In this document: one piece after another, positions 47,325 through 51,846 of the stretch
How the letters are laid out: every line of letters begins with the position of its first letter
How positions within the stretch are numbered: position 1 is the first letter of the stretch
From: a virus
Lineage: Duplodnaviria; Caudoviricetes
Virus record (IMG/VR): IMGVR_UViG_3300046171_000023
Location: 1 to 51,846 of that record
Reading direction: 5' to 3' (one strand)
Length of the DNA: 51,846 bases
Notes under the pieces: model-generated
The model's database searches: none
Seen by the model: the letters and a program-made list of their open reading frames with translations, nothing else
Told to the model about the DNA's origin: nothing
Translations under genes and position numbers: made by a program

Positions 47325-50222
47325 ATGAAAAAGAAACAACAAAAGAAAAGAAATAAAAAATATCAACCATTAAAAAAATATAATGCCGGTGGTAGAATTT
47401 CTTATGCTAAAGGTGATAGAGTTCGGAATTTAAATTCATCAGAACCAAAAGCACCCGATGAAAATAATAAAGGAAAAGCAGTTAAACCACCATTAATAGG
47501 TGGTATCGGTGGTGGTCAAGATAATGTAGTAAATGAAGAACCTATAGCACCTCCTCCATCTTCTCCAACAATGCCTCCACGTGACGATATAGACCCAATA
47601 CTTCCTTCAAAAGAAGGACCAGTAGGAGACCCAGTAGACCAACCCGGATTTACCCCAAACGTTCAAGACCCAGTAGACCAAACAAGTACTACAACTCAAA
47701 CTGCAACAGATACAGCTAGAGAAGAAAGAGTTGCTAGAACTGGAACATCTGCAGAGTTAACAGCACAAGGAATACTTCCTGCTGATACTCCACAAATTCC
47801 AACACCTGCTACAATAGGTAGAGAAGACACAGAAATCGCAAAAGAAGATGTACCTCAAATGGGAGATACTGAAAGAGGCGTAGCTGTAGATGTAGATGAA
47901 GTAAGCAAAGAACAAGTAAAAAAAGGAGTAGCAGATACTACTGATGATACTGAAGTTGCAGGAGTTGTAAAAGCTCCTACTACAACTGTATCAGGAACTA
48001 AAGTAGCTGTAAATGCTGCAACAGGAACATTATCACCAGAAGCACAAGCTTCAGTAGAAGAAATAAGACAATTATCTGGAAACGCAGTAGCTGCTCAAGT
48101 TGAAAATAATGTAAGAGACGCAGCAATGGCTACAGATGTTAATGGAGTTTTATCTGCAGGTGCATTTGCTCCAGAAGTAACAGGAGCTAAAGTACAAATA
48201 TCTGAAACTCCAAATGCAGAAGCACAATCACGTGAAGCTATAACAGGTCAACCAGCTAATGCTGGACAAGCTGTGCAAATTATAGGAACAGTTGGTTATG
48301 AAGCTGCACAACAAAGAGCAGTAAAAGGTATTGAAGCTAAAGGTGCTGCTGCTACTATGATAGCTGAAGTTGGTAATATACCACAAGATATAGCTGCTGC
48401 TATTGTAGAAGACCCTGCAACTTTAGAAGCTCAAGTAGATAATAATCCTGTAGAAGTTAATGCTGCTATTGCTGCATTACCTACAGAAGCTTTAGTATCT
48501 TCACAAATGGAAAGTTTATTAGGTGGTATGGAAGATGGAACAATACCTTCATGGGCTAAACCTGCAGTAGACGCTGTTAATCAAAGAATGTCTGCTAGAG
48601 GAATAAGTGTTTCTAGTGTTGGTAGAGATGCTTTGTTTAATTCTATTATACAATCAGCTATGCCAATGGCTCAAAGTAATGCACAAGCTTTACAACAAAG
48701 AGCAGCTCAAAATTTAAGTAATGAACAACAAGCAAACTTGCAACAAGCTAATCAAGAACAACAGTTAAGAATGCAAAACTTAGCAAATCGTCAAGATGCT
48801 GCAAGTCAAACTGCACAAATGTCTCAGCAAATGAGAACAATGCAAAGTCAATTTACACAACAATCTATACTTACTACTGCTCAACAACAGCAACAAACAA
48901 GAATAGCTAACTTGCAAAATCAACAACAAGCTGCTTTAATAACTTCTCAAAATCAACAACAAGCTAATATGGCTAATCTTGGTAATGAGCAACAAATTAA
49001 TATGGCAGAGCTTCAAATAGAAGCACAAGTTCAAGGAGCTAATCAAACTGCAACTAATCAACAACGTATTTTAGAAATGCAAAGTGCTGCAGATTTCTTA
49101 TCTAAAAATGCTGGATTTAAACAGCAAATGGATTTAGCTAATTTAAATACTGACCAACAAATGAGACTTGCAAACTTGTCAGCTATAAATCAAGCTGGTT
49201 CACAAAATCTTAGTGCTGCTCAACAAACAGAACTTGCAAATCTTAACAAACAAATGCAGGTTAATATTAAAAATGGTGAATTAGCTCAATCAATGGGATT
49301 AGCTCAACTTAATGTTGACCAACAAAGAGCTATGCAAAATGCTAATATTACTGCTAATATGGATATGGCAAACTTTAGTGCTGACCAACAAAGAGTATTA
49401 GCAAATAGTAAGTTTATGCAGACAGTAGCTATTACTAATATGAATGCTGAACAACAATTAATTATGCAACAAGCTACAGCATTAGCTTCACTTGATATGG
49501 CTGCTGTAGACCAAAGAACAAAGTTATCAATTAGTAATGCTCAAAACTTTTTACAAATGGATATGACAAACTTATCAAATGAGCAACAAGCAAGTATGAT
49601 GCGAAGTCAACAAGAACAACAAAGATTATTATCAGACCAGTCTGCTATGAATGCTCAAGCACAGTTTAATGCTACAAGTGAAAATCAAGTTAATCAATTT
49701 ATAGCTAACTTAGAACAACAAAACAAACAATTTAATAGTAGTCAATTAAATGCTATGGAACAATTTAATGTAGCTAATACAAATGCTGCTGAAGCAAGAA
49801 GAGTTGGTAATGAATTTGAAGTTGAAAAATTAGAAGCACAATTACAAACAGATATGTCTAAATTTAATTCACAGCAAGATTTTGCAAAAGAACAATTTAA
49901 TACACAAAACGAAACAGTAATTGCACAGTCAAATGTAGAATGGAGACGTAAAGCTAATACTGCAGATACTGCTGCTTTTAATGCAGTTAATCAACAAAAT
50001 GCACAAAATGCTTTTGGTCTTACTGCTTCTGCTAATAATTTTTTATGGCAAGAACTTAGAGATGAAGCAGATTTTGATTTTAAAAGATGGGATAACGAAC
50101 AACAACGTAAAGCTTCTTTACTTATAGCTGCTTTAGGAAATACTGAAGCTGTAAATAAAAAAGATTATTGGGATAACAATGTATCTAGTATTGCTAGATT
50201 ATTAGATGGATGGTTAACATAG
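47325..50222 (+). CDS. Gln/Asn/Ala-rich internal virion (DNA ejection) protein
   Basis: Long Q/N-rich coiled coil after the tail genes, like DNA pilot/ejection proteins. Confidence 0.65.
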   Translation: MKKKQQKKRNKKYQPLKKYNAGGRISYAKGDRVRNLNSSEPKAPDENNKGKAVKPPLIGGIGGGQDNVVNEEPIAPPPSSPTMPPRDDIDPILPSKEGPVGDPVDQPGFTPNVQDPVDQTSTTTQTATDTAREERVARTGTSAELTAQGILPADTPQIPTPATIGREDTEIAKEDVPQMGDTERGVAVDVDEVSKEQVKKGVADTTDDTEVAGVVKAPTTTVSGTKVAVNAATGTLSPEAQASVEEIRQLSGNAVAAQVENNVRDAAMATDVNGVLSAGAFAPEVTGAKVQISETPNAEAQSREAITGQPANAGQAVQIIGTVGYEAAQQRAVKGIEAKGAAATMIAEVGNIPQDIAAAIVEDPATLEAQVDNNPVEVNAAIAALPTEALVSSQMESLLGGMEDGTIPSWAKPAVDAVNQRMSARGISVSSVGRDALFNSIIQSAMPMAQSNAQALQQRAAQNLSNEQQANLQQANQEQQLRMQNLANRQDAASQTAQMSQQMRTMQSQFTQQSILTTAQQQQQTRIANLQNQQQAALITSQNQQQANMANLGNEQQINMAELQIEAQVQGANQTATNQQRILEMQSAADFLSKNAGFKQQMDLANLNTDQQMRLANLSAINQAGSQNLSAAQQTELANLNKQMQVNIKNGELAQSMGLAQLNVDQQRAMQNANITANMDMANFSADQQRVLANSKFMQTVAITNMNAEQQLIMQQATALASLDMAAVDQRTKLSISNAQNFLQMDMTNLSNEQQASMMRSQQEQQRLLSDQSAMNAQAQFNATSENQVNQFIANLEQQNKQFNSSQLNAMEQFNVANTNAAEARRVGNEFEVEKLEAQLQTDMSKFNSQQDFAKEQFNTQNETVIAQSNVEWRRKANTADTAAFNAVNQQNAQNAFGLTASANNFLWQELRDEADFDFKRWDNEQQRKASLLIAALGNTEAVNKKDYWDNNVSSIARLLDGWLT

Positions 50223-50231
50223 GAATATATT

Positions 50232-51155
50232 ATGGGTAAATTAAGAAAAATAGGTAAAAAAATAAAAAAAGGATTTAAAAAGATAGGTAAAAAACTTAAG
50301 AAAGGTTTTGGTAAATTTGCTAGAGCTTTTGGTAAATTAGGTCCTTTAGGTTCTATTGCACTTTCTTTTTTACTTCCGGGTATAGGTAGTGTGTTATCGG
50401 GATGGTTAGGTCAAATGGGACCTGTCGGTGAATTTATTTTAAATATTGGTGCTAAAATTCAAAAAGGTGCAAACTGGGTTAAAGATGGAGTTGGTAGAGT
50501 TTTTAACAGAGTTACAGATGCTATTGAATATGGAATGAATTCTGTAAGTAAAACTGGTACAGCAGGTAGTAGTTTTAGAAACTGGGTAAGTGAACAAACT
50601 AAAGGATTTATTGACCCGTCTAAACAAGGCGTTGAAGATATTAAAGTTCCGGGACAAGATAAAATAATTAAAGCTTCGGATGATTTTACATCAGGAGAAA
50701 TTAAAGTTACTGATACTTCAAGTTCTAATGAAATAACTCAAGGAGCTAAAGACAGTGTTGCAACAATGGACAAACGAATAGAAGAAATTAATGCAGAAAA
50801 AACAACTATCGGAGCAGATACAAATATAAAAACAACAAAAGCTGAAACAAAAGGATATTTTGATTTTGATAAAGGAAAAGAAAATTATGCATATATAAAA
50901 CCTATTACAAAAGCAGGTGGTAAAATTCTTGAAGATGAAAGTGATGCAGCTTATGCTGATTATTTAATGAAAAGTAATAATGCAGCTAGAGCTGGAGCAA
51001 TAGCAGAAGAAACTTTATCTATGGTTCCTACTAATACATATACTTATGCACCACAAAATTTTATTGATATGAATAGTTTAGATAATAATCCAAATTCAAT
51101 GGTACAAATGACTTCAGGTTATGGTCTTATCTTAGAAGATTTTTACGCAACATAA
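50232..51155 (+). CDS. Internal virion protein with basic amphipathic N-terminus and hydrophobic segment
   Basis: KIGKKIKKGFKKIGKKLKKGF then GPLGSIALSFLLPGIG. Confidence 0.6.
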   Translation: MGKLRKIGKKIKKGFKKIGKKLKKGFGKFARAFGKLGPLGSIALSFLLPGIGSVLSGWLGQMGPVGEFILNIGAKIQKGANWVKDGVGRVFNRVTDAIEYGMNSVSKTGTAGSSFRNWVSEQTKGFIDPSKQGVEDIKVPGQDKIIKASDDFTSGEIKVTDTSSSNEITQGAKDSVATMDKRIEEINAEKTTIGADTNIKTTKAETKGYFDFDKGKENYAYIKPITKAGGKILEDESDAAYADYLMKSNNAARAGAIAEETLSMVPTNTYTYAPQNFIDMNSLDNNPNSMVQMTSGYGLILEDFYAT

Positions 51156-51169
51156 TAAAAGGATAACAC

Positions 51170-51790
51170 ATGGAAAGTAAACCAATATCACCATTAATAG
51201 AACAAACAGCTTTTGAAGCTCCAATACCGGGACAGTCTTTAACTAATAGTCCTGAAAATAATTATGCTTGGGAAAAACCACCTGAGATGGTAGATTTAAA
51301 TACAGCTAGACAAAAAATATTTTTAAATTTATTAGAACCTAAAAATCTAGAAGAAGTTCAAAAACTTATGATTAATGAAGTTCCAGTAGATGCTATAGCT
51401 CAAACAGTATTGGTAGAAGGATTTAGGCAAGGTAAGTTTAATCCTGATTTAGCTTTACAATTATTAGAGCCTACTATGTATATGTTATTAGCTATTGCTG
51501 AAAAATCTGGAATAGAACCTACATTAGATGCAGAAGGTGATGAAGATGATGAAGACCTTGATGCAGAAGAAGCTGCACAAGTAAAAGCAGATAGTAAAAC
51601 ATTTATGAAAGAAAGGGGTCGAAGATTTCAAGATGCTAGAGTTTTTAAACCTCAATCTGCTTCAGTTGGTGTAGATATAAAAGAACAATTAGATAAATTA
51701 GATGTAGAAAAAATGCAACAAAGTATTTTACAAAAACCTAAACCAGAACTACAATCACAAGAAAGTTTGTTAGGTAAAACAGGAGTTTAA
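51170..51790 (+). CDS. Hypothetical virion-associated protein
   Basis: APIPGQSLT...WEKPP...G.FNPD; within the ejection block. Confidence 0.65.
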   Translation: MESKPISPLIEQTAFEAPIPGQSLTNSPENNYAWEKPPEMVDLNTARQKIFLNLLEPKNLEEVQKLMINEVPVDAIAQTVLVEGFRQGKFNPDLALQLLEPTMYMLLAIAEKSGIEPTLDAEGDEDDEDLDAEEAAQVKADSKTFMKERGRRFQDARVFKPQSASVGVDIKEQLDKLDVEKMQQSILQKPKPELQSQESLLGKTGV

Positions 51791-51792
51791 AG

Positions 51793-51846
51793 ATGGCTGA
51801 TGATACTATGGAAAATTTAATCAGTAACTATGGAGATATGAGTATT
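51793..51846 (+). CDS. 5' end (18 codons) of the gene continuing at position 1
   Basis: RBS AGGAG; MADDTMENLISNYGDMSI joins EELGSSLLQRQ in frame. Confidence 0.8.
   Translation, partial: MADDTMENLISNYGDMSI

Overview
The window looks like a complete, circularly closed ~51.8 kb genome of an AT-rich lytic podovirus, probably marine. The last 54 nt join position 1 in frame. There are two arms. The minus-strand early/replication arm (~28550 down to ~10555) has a T7-like primase-helicase, PolA, SSB, nucleases and class I RNR. The plus-strand late arm (29607 through the window end to 10557) has terminases, portal, scaffold, capsid, tail tube, tail fibre, ejection proteins, lysozyme and holin, plus an IscU auxiliary gene. 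I found no RNA polymerase, integrase, tRNA or CRISPR array; near-consensus sigma70 promoters point to host RNAP. The standout element is a ~1.37 kb imperfect fold-back at 27951-29318, where the arms diverge. Its left arm is a complete two-gene unit with a terminator. Its right arm is a non-coding inverted copy whose differences mostly keep G-T pairing on the + strand only, which suggests a giant ssDNA (or RNA) hairpin. Next to it is a phased DnaA-box array. Other candidates are an H-type pseudoknot before the SSB gene, a thrice-repeated internal-loop motif before the scaffold gene, a gene overprinted on the portal tail, a shared R-x5-G-G motif in virion proteins, and apparent GATC/CCWGG avoidance. 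Clustered frameshifts (9.2-10.7 kb, 16.2-17.0 kb) look like assembly indels. All calls come from reading motifs by eye; no searches were run.
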